Below the pieces are notes generated by a model, which saw only the letters and a list, made by a program, of their open reading frames with translations, was not told the origin of the DNA and did not search any database. 29,039 bases of DNA from a virus (taxonomy: Duplodnaviria; Caudoviricetes): positions 1-29,039 of the IMG/VR virus record IMGVR_UViG_3300032243_000186; one strand, written 5' to 3'. Below, piece by piece: positions 15,837-24,013 of this stretch (its first letter is position 1; each line of letters starts with the position of its first letter). The position numbers and the translations under genes were made by a program.

Positions 15837-16253
15837 TTACGGTCTAGGGTACGTTGTTTTTGACCATAATTCAAGCAGTTCTTGCTTGATATGGGTGGGC
15901 ATAGGTACGGCGTTCTCCCTAGCCTTTTCGGCCTCTTGGTCAAGCAATAAAGCCCTTTTGCGTTCGGCTTCATCCCTTTCCTTTGAAAGCCTCTTATCCC
16001 GCTCAGAAGCCTCTTCAGGGCTTAATTTGCGGGGTGGTATAGGACCGTCATGCCAGCGTTCTCCTTCTAGCCATTTGGCTGGGCTAGGCGTAAAGGTCGG
16101 GTCACGGTTGGGGTCAATGGCAAACTTCAAAGCTGCCTCGATGAGTGCTTGGGCAGTAGTTTTGGTTATCGCCACCGCCCAAGCCTCTCTCGCGCTAACC
16201 ACACTGACCCTACGTGGATAGACATTCCAAAATCTCCCAAAGTCATCAATCAC
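15837..16253 (-). CDS. Stand-alone domain resembling the C-terminus of phage replication initiators
   Basis: FGRFWNVYPRR...AREAW...PSPAKWLEGERWHD motif. Confidence 0.6.
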   Translation of the reverse strand: MIDDFGRFWNVYPRRVSVVSAREAWAVAITKTTAQALIEAALKFAIDPNRDPTFTPSPAKWLEGERWHDGPIPPRKLSPEEASERDKRLSKERDEAERKRALLLDQEAEKARENAVPMPTHIKQELLELWSKTTYPRP

Positions 16254-16582
16254 ATTAGGCTCCGAATCATCTCTTCTGTAATTCCATACTCAACTAAAGC
16301 CCAGAGAAGTTCAGCCTTGACTTCATGCAGTGATCCATTAATAAATGAATCGCGCTCCATCGCACTTAAACCTCCCCAGAACCCAAACTCTTCATTGCGA
16401 AAAGCGTAAGTCAAACACTTCTCCCAAATCGGACACTGCAAACAAACTGGACGAACTTTACTGTTGGCTTCTATCTTCTCTGTAATGGGGATTCTTTTGG
16501 TTTCTGTAAAATAAAAATCTTCTACATCCATGCCGCGACATGCAGCTTGTGTCCAATCTACCCCCTGCGCAAAGAAAGACAT
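16250..16582 (-). CDS. whiB: WhiB-family Fe-S transcription factor
   Basis: W...AACRG..FY...C..CP....C...A....EFGFWGGLS..ER. Confidence 0.92.
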   Translation of the reverse strand: MSFFAQGVDWTQAACRGMDVEDFYFTETKRIPITEKIEANSKVRPVCLQCPIWEKCLTYAFRNEEFGFWGGLSAMERDSFINGSLHEVKAELLWALVEYGITEEMIRSLM

Positions 16583-17238
16583 CCAACCTCCCCCGTTGGG
16601 TCATACCAAGAACAAGAGGCAAAACAGAAATGCTTAGGCTTTTCTGGTGCGGGGATTTCTTTTTTCTCGGCTGCTTGTTTCACCTCTTCAAGCCAGAGTA
16701 ATCCATCTTCGGCAACTTGCGGATTGTATGGTTCTGAGTGAACCATGATGTGTTCCATCTTTCCATCACGGGCTAAAGTAACCAGTGCAACTTCTTTAGG
16801 GTCTTCACCGTTTGCTTTTAACATGTGTGCGTACAACTGGACTTGCATGATTTGCTGCTCGCTGGGGAAGTAGCGAAGGCTTGCCTTAGTGGTAGTTTTC
16901 CAATCAACAACTAATTGTTTGTCACGAATGTATAAATCTGTATGCGCTGGAATCCCAAAGGCAGTCATCTCTTGTTCGATAAGAAAATTATCGCCAAAGG
17001 GATCATCGCGCTTAATAGCTTCTGCAATCATTGCATGTATTGCAGTACCCATCATTGAACTTAACTTATCTGGCTCATGTGTTTTAGGTGCATCAATCAA
17101 CTGGTAATACACTTGGCGCCGACATCCGCCAATTTGTGAAGGACCAATCTCAATCTGCTTAGACCTATCCCGCCCGCTATCTTGGGCATTCAAAGCGCCA
17201 GTTAAAAGTTTATACAGAAATACATTCGTATCGCTCAC
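16558..17238 (-). CDS. Cas4/RecB-like PD-(D/E)XK exonuclease
   Basis: GPSQIGGCRRQ, GTAIH, D..DWKT, QVQLY and a C-terminal Cys cluster. The start is probably the GTG at 17238 (GTGA overlap), not 17331. Confidence 0.88.
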   Translation of the reverse strand: MSDTNVFLYKLLTGALNAQDSGRDRSKQIEIGPSQIGGCRRQVYYQLIDAPKTHEPDKLSSMMGTAIHAMIAEAIKRDDPFGDNFLIEQEMTAFGIPAHTDLYIRDKQLVVDWKTTTKASLRYFPSEQQIMQVQLYAHMLKANGEDPKEVALVTLARDGKMEHIMVHSEPYNPQVAEDGLLWLEEVKQAAEKKEIPAPEKPKHFCFASCSWYDPTGEVGCLSLRRG

Positions 17239-17534
17239 TTTTTCTCCCACAAAACAATCATGCGAGCATGAGAGGTACTTCGTATTGTTTTCATATAACC
17301 GCGTCGTTCCATTTCGCGACTGTGTGACCACGCTCGCATTTTGGCTCCGACTGCGTTATTAGAATTTGGAGTTGCCTTATCTGGAAACCCAATTGCGTTG
17401 GTTAAATCTTCTGAAGTGAAAGTATCTCCAGGAAGCAAAGACTCAAACCATAAGTCAGCCTTTTCAGACCATGTACTTGCAGCACGTAAGGCAGCAAGCG
17501 CACCTTCATTGGCTAATATCTCGCCCGTGGTCAT
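17235..17534 (-). CDS. Hypothetical protein, possibly winged-helix (99 aa)
   Basis: FTSEDL..AIG.P....NAVGA pattern. Coupled to bet and exo. Confidence 0.7.
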   Translation of the reverse strand: MTTGEILANEGALAALRAASTWSEKADLWFESLLPGDTFTSEDLTNAIGFPDKATPNSNNAVGAKMRAWSHSREMERRGYMKTIRSTSHARMIVLWEKK

Positions 17535-18328
17535 GCTTCTACAATCTCTTTTAATTCGAGAACGCGAGCATTGATTGCACTCTTGAGTGTCAATCCATTA
17601 ATTGCAACATCAAGATAACCGCTTTGTGCTGCCCATAACTGGCGCAGTTCTTCGATGTCTGTAATCTTCTTTACATCTTCAATCATTATGCTAATTTCAT
17701 TAGCTTCATCTTCTGAGATTTGCTTGACAACTTCTGCTTCAATGATCTTGGCAGGTTTAACTGCTGATTCTTTTGAAGGAGCAAACTTAGTATCGTCTGC
17801 TTGTGCCATTTCATCTGATGAATAAATCCCAGACAAATCATTTGGAAATGCTTTGCGAAGAGCTAATGCTTCAGCACATTTAGCCAACATTAAGTCTGGC
17901 ATCTTTGACCAGATAGGTGATGACTGTGCGTATGAATCCCACTTAGCAGTTGCATAAGTTGGATTGGGTGCATCTTTGTAATAAACGCCAATGCGAGCAG
18001 CAAGTGGTGGAGTCTTTGCTAACCAAACATCTTTCCAGATACCATCTTCGCCACACCATTCAGCAGGTGTTTGACCACCATAATTGCCAGAGCGTTGTGC
18101 CACGATGCGAAAGCCGTCAATAGAAGTTTGGATGGTGTACTTGCCACCACGATTAATCATGTAAATCTGGCGAGCGAATGGGTCTAACCCTGTTCGCTGG
18201 GATTGATGAAAGAAAACCTTCAAGTCACCCTGAGAAGCCTGTGCTAAGCCCAATTGCTTGAGAGCTGCAACCTGTGATTCTGACCAGTAATCTTGGTCAG
18301 ACTTTAGAACTAATCCATGATCGCTCAT
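17531..18328 (-). CDS. bet: Phage recombinase Bet (RecT/Red-beta family)
   Basis: GLDPFARQIY, TSIDGFRIVAQRSG, WSKMPDLMLAKCAEALALRKAFP..LSGIY..DEM. Confidence 0.93.
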   Translation of the reverse strand: MSDHGLVLKSDQDYWSESQVAALKQLGLAQASQGDLKVFFHQSQRTGLDPFARQIYMINRGGKYTIQTSIDGFRIVAQRSGNYGGQTPAEWCGEDGIWKDVWLAKTPPLAARIGVYYKDAPNPTYATAKWDSYAQSSPIWSKMPDLMLAKCAEALALRKAFPNDLSGIYSSDEMAQADDTKFAPSKESAVKPAKIIEAEVVKQISEDEANEISIMIEDVKKITDIEELRQLWAAQSGYLDVAINGLTLKSAINARVLELKEIVEA

Positions 18329-18368
18329 GTTTAACCTTTCGTTGGGGGCTTTCTTGTAGCCCGTTGGG

Positions 18369-18425
18369 GCGTAATCTATACCCGCGTAATCTATACTGTC
18401 AATAACCTATTCAAAAGGCGTGTCG
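18369..18425 (-). promoter_or_regulatory. Promoter of the recombination operon with a tandem 13-bp repeat and an upstream GACAC box
   Basis: TTGACA (18402-18397), 18-nt spacer, TAGATT (18378-18373). GTATAGATTACGC occurs twice (18396-84 and 18381-69). CGACACGCC lies at 18425-17. Confidence 0.7.
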
Positions 18426-18440
18426 TGAGAGGATAGACCC

Positions 18441-18647
18441 GTGGCTTATTCAGGAGTAGAAATCAGACTAGGTGGATTAGTTGTATCTATCCACACCGAA
18501 CTTAATTATCCTGACGGGCTTGATGATTTAACAGCTCGTTCCTTAATCATCTTCAAAGAAGGCGTAGAACTAGCCAAGAAGAACGACATTGACATTACAA
18601 CAATGACATTGCATACCTCAGACTACGGCGATGAGGATGACTGTTGA
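18441..18647 (+). CDS. Small acidic hypothetical protein (68 aa)
   Basis: GTG start, acidic C-terminus, TTGA overlap with the protease gene. Confidence 0.75.
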   Translation: MAYSGVEIRLGGLVVSIHTELNYPDGLDDLTARSLIIFKEGVELAKKNDIDITTMTLHTSDYGDEDDC

Positions 18648-19204
18648 CAGCAATCGTTGGAATCCAGGGCAAGGATGGAGCAGTACTAGCCTCTGATTCC
18701 TTTACTATCTACGGGGATCGTTCATACCAGGCTAAATCAATCTCAAAAATTATAGAAAAGAATGGCTATACCTTTGCTTTTGCAGGGGATGGAACCGTGG
18801 CTGACATTGCTAAGCACCTATGGGTTATGCCTAAGTTCAGCAGAACCATGGACTTGGATGATTTTGTAATGATAAAGATTTTAGGTTCACTTCGAGAAGC
18901 ATGTAAGAGCCATGGCTACGAACCTGACTCAGATGATAAGGAAGCTGGATGGGATGCACTTATCTGCATCAATGGAACTATCTACCAGTTAGACCAAACC
19001 TTTGGTTACTTGCAATCTGACAGTGGGTTATACGCAATTGGAAGTGGCGGAGCAACAGCTTTGGGTGCAATGGATGCGCTAATAACTGGCAATGAAACCT
19101 TGGCAGTTGCTGAGTCAATTGCAAAACGAGCAATAGAAATTTCCACCAAGCACAACATTAATGTTGGTGGAGATGTCCAAAGTTTTACTCAAAAAGCAAA
19201 GTAG
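18644..19204 (+). CDS. HslV / 20S proteasome beta-subunit-like Ntn threonine protease
   Basis: (M)T-A-IVGI...VLASDS, KI, AGD, AIGSG...ALGA..A..AIEI..D/N.NVGG. Confidence 0.88.
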   Translation: MTAIVGIQGKDGAVLASDSFTIYGDRSYQAKSISKIIEKNGYTFAFAGDGTVADIAKHLWVMPKFSRTMDLDDFVMIKILGSLREACKSHGYEPDSDDKEAGWDALICINGTIYQLDQTFGYLQSDSGLYAIGSGGATALGAMDALITGNETLAVAESIAKRAIEISTKHNINVGGDVQSFTQKAK

Positions 19205-20233
19205 TCAATCTAACCAGACTTGGTACTGTGCAGTTACACGACCTTTAATTGGATCAACAAAGTGCAATCGCTGGCTTGGCATACCTGATGCAGCCATTGA
19301 GTCTCTGGCGTAACGGTTATCTGATTCAGTTGAGCCAGTCCAATACAAGTTGAAATGCTTTTGAATTGGTTCTTGTGCGTGGCGATGGTAATGGCCTAAG
19401 TAAATATCATGGAAGTCATAGTCGTGCGCTCCCGCTTTCCAGCGATTAGCACCAGCAATCCATGCAGCAGGGGAAGCAAACCCTGACCTGCCTAACTCAT
19501 CTCCGTGCATTAATAATGCGCGGTAATTTCCAACTGCAACTTCTTGAATATCTTCTGGGCAATCTTCCCAAGTTAAACGCTTTTCATTAGCAAGAATCTG
19601 ACGTGACATTTCATAGACCATACGATCTACGTTGTCATTCTTTGGAACTTCAGCTCGCTTGCCACCAATGCGTCCATGATTTCCCCACTCAGCAACAACA
19701 GTTACCTTCTCAAAGTTAGCCAGCATCACACGAACAAAGTCAACGCATAAGCGCGATACTGTGGTGAACTGACCAAAGAGTGAGGCATCTATCTGCCACA
19801 ACTGGGCTGGGTAATTAAATAATCCTTCGACCATATCTCCGCCGAACATAACCACGCATTCTTTAACTGGGTGGTGTTCGCGTTGGAGTTCTGTTAAGTG
19901 AACAACTTTGTCAGCAAACTGCAATACGCGCTGGCGCATGACATCTGAGTTGTAAGAAGTTGTTACCTTTGCACCTTGCCAGTCAGTTGAATGGACAAGT
20001 GCTACTTCTGGCTTTGCTTTGCGTAAATCTTTCTTAGGCTCTGGTACTGGTACCACTTTGCCTAATGCCAACATTGCTTCGTATGCTCCACGATGGGTAG
20101 CAATAACAAGTTCGTCATTACGAATCTTGGCTTTAGATAATTGTTTCTGGGCGTTGTTAAGGGCGCGACGTAGTTCTACAATCTCTGGGTCATTTTCCTT
20201 TTCAATGTGTTCTAAATCATCCTTTAACGACAC
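19205..20233 (-). CDS. Calcineurin-like metallophosphoesterase with N-terminal coiled coil
   Basis: TDWQ, GDMVEG, GNHGR, HGD and GHYH motifs. The likely start is the GTG at 20233. Confidence 0.88.
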   Translation of the reverse strand: MSLKDDLEHIEKENDPEIVELRRALNNAQKQLSKAKIRNDELVIATHRGAYEAMLALGKVVPVPEPKKDLRKAKPEVALVHSTDWQGAKVTTSYNSDVMRQRVLQFADKVVHLTELQREHHPVKECVVMFGGDMVEGLFNYPAQLWQIDASLFGQFTTVSRLCVDFVRVMLANFEKVTVVAEWGNHGRIGGKRAEVPKNDNVDRMVYEMSRQILANEKRLTWEDCPEDIQEVAVGNYRALLMHGDELGRSGFASPAAWIAGANRWKAGAHDYDFHDIYLGHYHRHAQEPIQKHFNLYWTGSTESDNRYARDSMAASGMPSQRLHFVDPIKGRVTAQYQVWLD

Positions 20234-20465
20234 GTTGGCATCCATCCTTTCGATGGCGACCAAGGGTTCCTTCGGATATGTTGTATCCATTGGATCGTAG
20301 TACTCTGCTAATTGAAGCGTGACTTACATCTTGATTGTCCATACGTGCTAGCAATGCTTCTTTCTCAGCTTTTTCTAATGTAGAAAGTAATTTGCAAACT
20401 GTACAGATTGAACGTTTCATATCAACTAACTTTGAATCGTCTTTCAGATCATCTAGTAAACCCAT
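20217..20465 (-). CDS. Small Zn/HTH DNA-binding protein
   Basis: CxxC...SHASISRVL...ISEGTLGRHRKDGC. Confidence 0.65.
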   Translation of the reverse strand: MGLLDDLKDDSKLVDMKRSICTVCKLLSTLEKAEKEALLARMDNQDVSHASISRVLRSNGYNISEGTLGRHRKDGCQRVVKG

Positions 20466-20714
20466 TTATTCTTCCAATCTTGCAGCGATTTCACCGCCGT
20501 GTTTGGTATATCCGAGTTTGTCATCCCAGTTATCTTCATGGTGGGGATTGGCAATACATCTGACTGTCTTAAAAGCATCCATCATTAACGCTACCTGCCA
20601 AGCTGGGATGTCATCCATTGCAAGCAAGGCTCCCCAGATTCGACCAGTGATAGCGAAGTTAACTTCAGCATCTCCATGAACTGTTTGACGTTCTTCCAGT
20701 ATCTTATCTATCAT
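20466..20714 (-). CDS. DUF6378-like protein
   Basis: ER...HGD...NF...GRIW...VALMM...K..R.......D.W.D..GY. ATG at 20714 follows a GAAAGGG SD. Confidence 0.8.
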   Translation of the reverse strand: MIDKILEERQTVHGDAEVNFAITGRIWGALLAMDDIPAWQVALMMDAFKTVRCIANPHHEDNWDDKLGYTKHGGEIAARLEE

Positions 20715-20780
20715 GCTCAACCCTTTCTAATGGTTGATGCAGAGCCTAACAGATTATGGTCGAGATTTCATTCAAGACAC

Positions 20781-20813
20781 AAAAGCAAAAACCCCGCAGG
20801 AACGGCTGCGGGG
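20781..20813 (-). terminator. Intrinsic terminator ending the structural/lysis transcript
   Basis: The minus strand reads CCCCGCAG-ccgttc-CTGCGGGG-TTTTTGCTTTT. Confidence 0.85.
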
Positions 20814-20837
20814 CTTGCTCTCAGGAAGGAAACAAAA

Positions 20838-21107
20838 TTATGATACTGCGAATGAGCCACAATCTATAACAGGTACCTCTGGTGAGCTGGTAACTTTTGC
20901 CCACACTTCGTAAGTACCAACTGAAAGACCAGAAATTAGTAAACCAATTTCGCTGCCTAAAGTAACAGCATTTGTCCAACCTGAACTAGATGGACGCGCT
21001 GAAGGGGCAGTGATTTGTGTTTGAATGTTTGAAGTAATTGTCACTCCATCAAGAGTAATAAGGATGGGTTGAAACTCGACACTCTCGCGTGGGTAGATAT
21101 TTGTCAT
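20838..21107 (-). CDS. Small beta-sandwich putative virion protein (89 aa)
   Basis: Ig/BppU-like pattern GTYEVWAKVT..PEVPV..G. Coupled to the repeat protein. Confidence 0.6.
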   Translation of the reverse strand: MTNIYPRESVEFQPILITLDGVTITSNIQTQITAPSARPSSSGWTNAVTLGSEIGLLISGLSVGTYEVWAKVTSSPEVPVIDCGSFAVS

Positions 21108-22387
21108 TGATTAGTTCCTTCCCAACGGCGTTGGAGTAGCATACCAAAATTTTTCTTATCATAAAGGATACCATTTGAACGCTTAGTTTTGAGTTCTCCT
21201 TGGTAGGTTCCGTCGGATTGCATACTCGCGCTCCATCGGCGGTCTTTGATTTGCCCATACCAAGGGCGGGGAAGAATCTGACCAAAGACGATGACATCGT
21301 GATCTGTGATTGGGTTAGCCTTTTTAACATCTGCACTAAAACTGGCAACTGAAGTTAATGCTGAGTCAGCGGCAACACCCTTGATTACATCTGCGCTTAA
21401 AGCAGCAACAATTGAAAGAGTAGAGGCAGTGAAGTAAGTCATTGATACATCGCCAGTTAAAGCAACAGTTATTGGGGTATCAGTTTGACCAAAGGTAGTT
21501 TTGCTTGCGGCAGAAGTAAGAGTTGCGCTGAGGCTTAAAGTTTCATTAGCAAATTCAGTCTTAATTCCTGCGCTGGTAAGAGCTGCTGTGACTGAGGTAG
21601 TTGCTTGGGCAAGGCGAGTTACTACTGTATCGGCAGTTAAAGTTGCTGTGATTGGCGCACTAGAACTTATTAATTGTATGAGGTTTACATTGGAGCCAAG
21701 GGTTGCAGTTATTGGGCTAGATGCCACGGCGCTTCGGGTAACTAGGCCAGCAGAAGTTAAGGTTGCAGTTACTGGTGTGCTTGCTGAGATATTGCTTGCA
21801 TTAGATGCAGCAGAAGTTAGGCTGGTAGTAAAGGCAGCAGTCTCATCAGCATATTCTGTTTTAGCAGCAGCATCTAAAAGCGTAGTAGTAATGGCAGTAT
21901 TTGCTTGAACCAACATTAAGCGAGCGCCATCGGCGGTTAAAGTTGCAGTTATAGATGTGCTGGAATCTAATGACTGGTTTCGCTGTACATTAGAAGTTAA
22001 TGATGCAGTTGTGGCAGTTGATGTTTGAGCATAACGAGTAACAGTTGCATCAGCGGTTAATCCCGCAGCAAAAGATGAAGTTGATTGAACAAGAGTAACA
22101 AGTGCTACTAATGCAGTAGCAGTAGCAACAATAGAAGTAGATGAAGCAGCGTTAGCAGTTCTAGTTGTATCAGCAGTTTGTGTAGAGGTAATTTCTGTAC
22201 TAGATTGAATTGCGTTAGGACCCAAATAATAAGCAGGTGCATAACGGTAAAACCCTGAATGATAACTCAGTAAACGAAGATTAGTTCCAGCAAGGTTGCT
22301 GGTGATCTGACCTACATAGAAAGATGGAGTGGGAGCGAAGTACGGCGTGTTATAAGTTTCAACACCATAACTGATGCCATACGCCAT
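21104..22387 (-). CDS. Ala/Thr/Ser-rich 20-aa-repeat fibre-like protein (427 aa)
   Basis: About 14-15 tandem 20-residue units, consensus S(T/S)xITATLTA/SxxxxTxxAxx. Confidence 0.7.
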   Translation of the reverse strand: MAYGISYGVETYNTPYFAPTPSFYVGQITSNLAGTNLRLLSYHSGFYRYAPAYYLGPNAIQSSTEITSTQTADTTRTANAASSTSIVATATALVALVTLVQSTSSFAAGLTADATVTRYAQTSTATTASLTSNVQRNQSLDSSTSITATLTADGARLMLVQANTAITTTLLDAAAKTEYADETAAFTTSLTSAASNASNISASTPVTATLTSAGLVTRSAVASSPITATLGSNVNLIQLISSSAPITATLTADTVVTRLAQATTSVTAALTSAGIKTEFANETLSLSATLTSAASKTTFGQTDTPITVALTGDVSMTYFTASTLSIVAALSADVIKGVAADSALTSVASFSADVKKANPITDHDVIVFGQILPRPWYGQIKDRRWSASMQSDGTYQGELKTKRSNGILYDKKNFGMLLQRRWEGTNQ

Positions 22388-22416
22388 ACCTCACCCCCAT
22401 TTACTGCAAAAAGAAA

Positions 22417-22800
22417 TTACGCAGCCAAAGGTGAAAGAGATACTCCAAGAGTTGTGAAAGTAAGAGTGTCTGTATTTACAACCGACTTAGAAGTTGTCAA
22501 AGCAGCAGTCCAAAGAAGATTTCCAGCAGTTGAAGCATCCCAAACTGAGATGTGTGTGATTGTTTCTGTCGCAGTCATAGTAAATGAAGGCGAGTTAGAC
22601 AATGCGATTGCTCCAGAAGAGGCAGCAGAAAATGTTGCAGCTTGACGAGTTGTTACTGCTGATGCGTTAGCAGTTGCAGCAGCACCAGGATCGGCTGTGT
22701 GAAGTTTAATATAAGTCGCAGCAGGAGCAGTAAATGCAGTAGCGCGAAGCATATTCAACCAGTTGTTTGCGAGTGTTGTGGTCGCTAGTCCTACAGTCAT
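22417..22800 (-). CDS. Actinophage minor tail/fibre-associated protein (127 aa)
   Basis: YIKLHTADPG...RQA.TF.AAS.G...ITHISVWDASTAGNLLW...K.V..GD-like motif set. Confidence 0.75.
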   Translation of the reverse strand: MTVGLATTTLANNWLNMLRATAFTAPAATYIKLHTADPGAAATANASAVTTRQAATFSAASSGAIALSNSPSFTMTATETITHISVWDASTAGNLLWTAALTTSKSVVNTDTLTFTTLGVSLSPLAA

Positions 22801-22880
22801 TCTTGCTCCTTAATTTCTTCGGCATGGGTTACGACGGCATCTGCCTCAATAACCAATTCCATTTTTATCGTGTCAGGCAT
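22797..22880 (-). CDS. Acidic microprotein (27 aa)
   Basis: Read by hand: MPDTIKMELVIEADAVVTHAEEIKEQE. ATGA overlap with the next gene. Confidence 0.5.
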   Translation of the reverse strand: MPDTIKMELVIEADAVVTHAEEIKEQE

Positions 22881-22890
22881 TTATTGTACC

Positions 22891-23079
22891 CTAACCTTTG
22901 ATACCAAATTCAGGTGCTGACTTATCCAATGCCTTTAGGATTGGACCAATAAGACCTGCAACGAAAGCAGTTGCTAAAGTCTTTGGATCATGTACGCCAG
23001 TCATATAAAGTCCCGCTGCAACTGATGCTGCTGCACGAAGATAAGATAGGCCGATTTGTTTCATTTTTTCTTGATTCAT
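22891..23079 (-). CDS. Holin-like membrane protein
   Basis: Two hydrophobic segments with SYLRAA...GPILKALD...FG. Directly follows the endolysin. Confidence 0.7.
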   Translation of the reverse strand: MNQEKMKQIGLSYLRAAASVAAGLYMTGVHDPKTLATAFVAGLIGPILKALDKSAPEFGIKG

Positions 23080-23088
23080 TTTTTCTCC

Positions 23089-23589
23089 TTAGATGAAAGT
23101 TGGCTTGCCGAAACCTACTATAAAGACAGGGAGTTTGCGTTTGTTATCGGCCTTGTAAGCGCGAACCTTCATGCAAACTTCTCCGCCATTGGCTTGTGAG
23201 CCAGTAGGTTTTTTATCTGGACTTGTATTGCCCTCAACGGTCACGACTGTGCCATCAAGATTATCTTTAACTACGATTCCCACATGTTCTACTGCGTTGC
23301 CACCTTTTACAAAATCAAAGAACACTACATCTCCAGGTTGTGGAGTAGCAGTGGCAGCATCAGTCCATGCTTTCTTGCTCTTAAATCCTTCTACACCTGC
23401 TGGCGTATAAACGCAATTAGGTAGTTTTAATGCTGGCGTAATATGCGCCCCACACCACATGACAAAACTTCCACACCATGGTTGTCCATTGTGTTTAGTA
23501 AACTCGCCATACTTAGTGAGGTTATCGCCTTCTTCAATGACGCCAATCTCTGCTCTAGCCTTGGCTACAAAATCTTCTTTTTGACCCAT
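23089..23589 (-). CDS. CHAP-domain endolysin
   Basis: PWCGSFVMW (Cys), PGDVVFF, HVGIV (His), TVEGNT. Confidence 0.93.
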   Translation of the reverse strand: MGQKEDFVAKARAEIGVIEEGDNLTKYGEFTKHNGQPWCGSFVMWCGAHITPALKLPNCVYTPAGVEGFKSKKAWTDAATATPQPGDVVFFDFVKGGNAVEHVGIVVKDNLDGTVVTVEGNTSPDKKPTGSQANGGEVCMKVRAYKADNKRKLPVFIVGFGKPTFI

Positions 23590-23834
23590 TACTTAACCGC
23601 TTTCTTATCAACCTTGGCAAAAGCAGCGTTGATCTCTGCGGAAGTTAATTTACCATCATCAAGGAAACCACGGGCTAGATTCTCGATAACAGTTGCCACG
23701 CCTAACGTACCAGCCAGTATTGCAGCCTTAGTAGCTGAGATGCCTATGACTGAACCTGCACCTATCACTGATAAGCCAGAGGCTGCAAAGACTGCAACGA
23801 TTCTGGCAAGGATGTTCCACAAACTGCTGACCAT
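23589..23834 (-). CDS. Small membrane protein (81 aa), holin-like
   Basis: Long hydrophobic stretches and a DDGKLT..EIN..F tail. Confidence 0.7.
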   Translation of the reverse strand: MVSSLWNILARIVAVFAASGLSVIGAGSVIGISATKAAILAGTLGVATVIENLARGFLDDGKLTSAEINAAFAKVDKKAVK

Positions 23835-24013
23835 TACTTATCCCTTGGGTTTCGCAATGAGAATGTTAATATCCAAAGTAAGATTGAAATAATAATGGCA
23901 TAACCAACGACAGTCTTAGCACTGCCTGTTAGTACAAGCCATGCACAAAAAAGTCCTACAAGGGTAAAGTTCTGGTTTGCCATGTCTGAAAAGAAATCAC
24001 GGATTCGCTTCAA
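23834..24013 (-). CDS. Small two-TM membrane protein (59 aa)
   Basis: Read by hand from TTG (AGGAG SD, TTGA overlap): [59 protein letters not shown]. Not in the ORF track. Confidence 0.75.
   Translation of the reverse strand: MKRIRDFFSDMANQNFTLVGLFCAWLVLTGSAKTVVGYAIIISILLWILTFSLRNPRDK

Noticed and set aside
16558-17238. Cas4-like gene as a sign of CRISPR
   Set aside because: There is no repeat-spacer array or other cas gene. It sits with Bet as a normal phage Exo/SSAP pair.
18441-18647. Pup (prokaryotic ubiquitin-like protein), given its position before a proteasome-beta-like gene
   Set aside because: It lacks the C-terminal GGE/GGQ and Pup sequence features, and ends in DEDDC.
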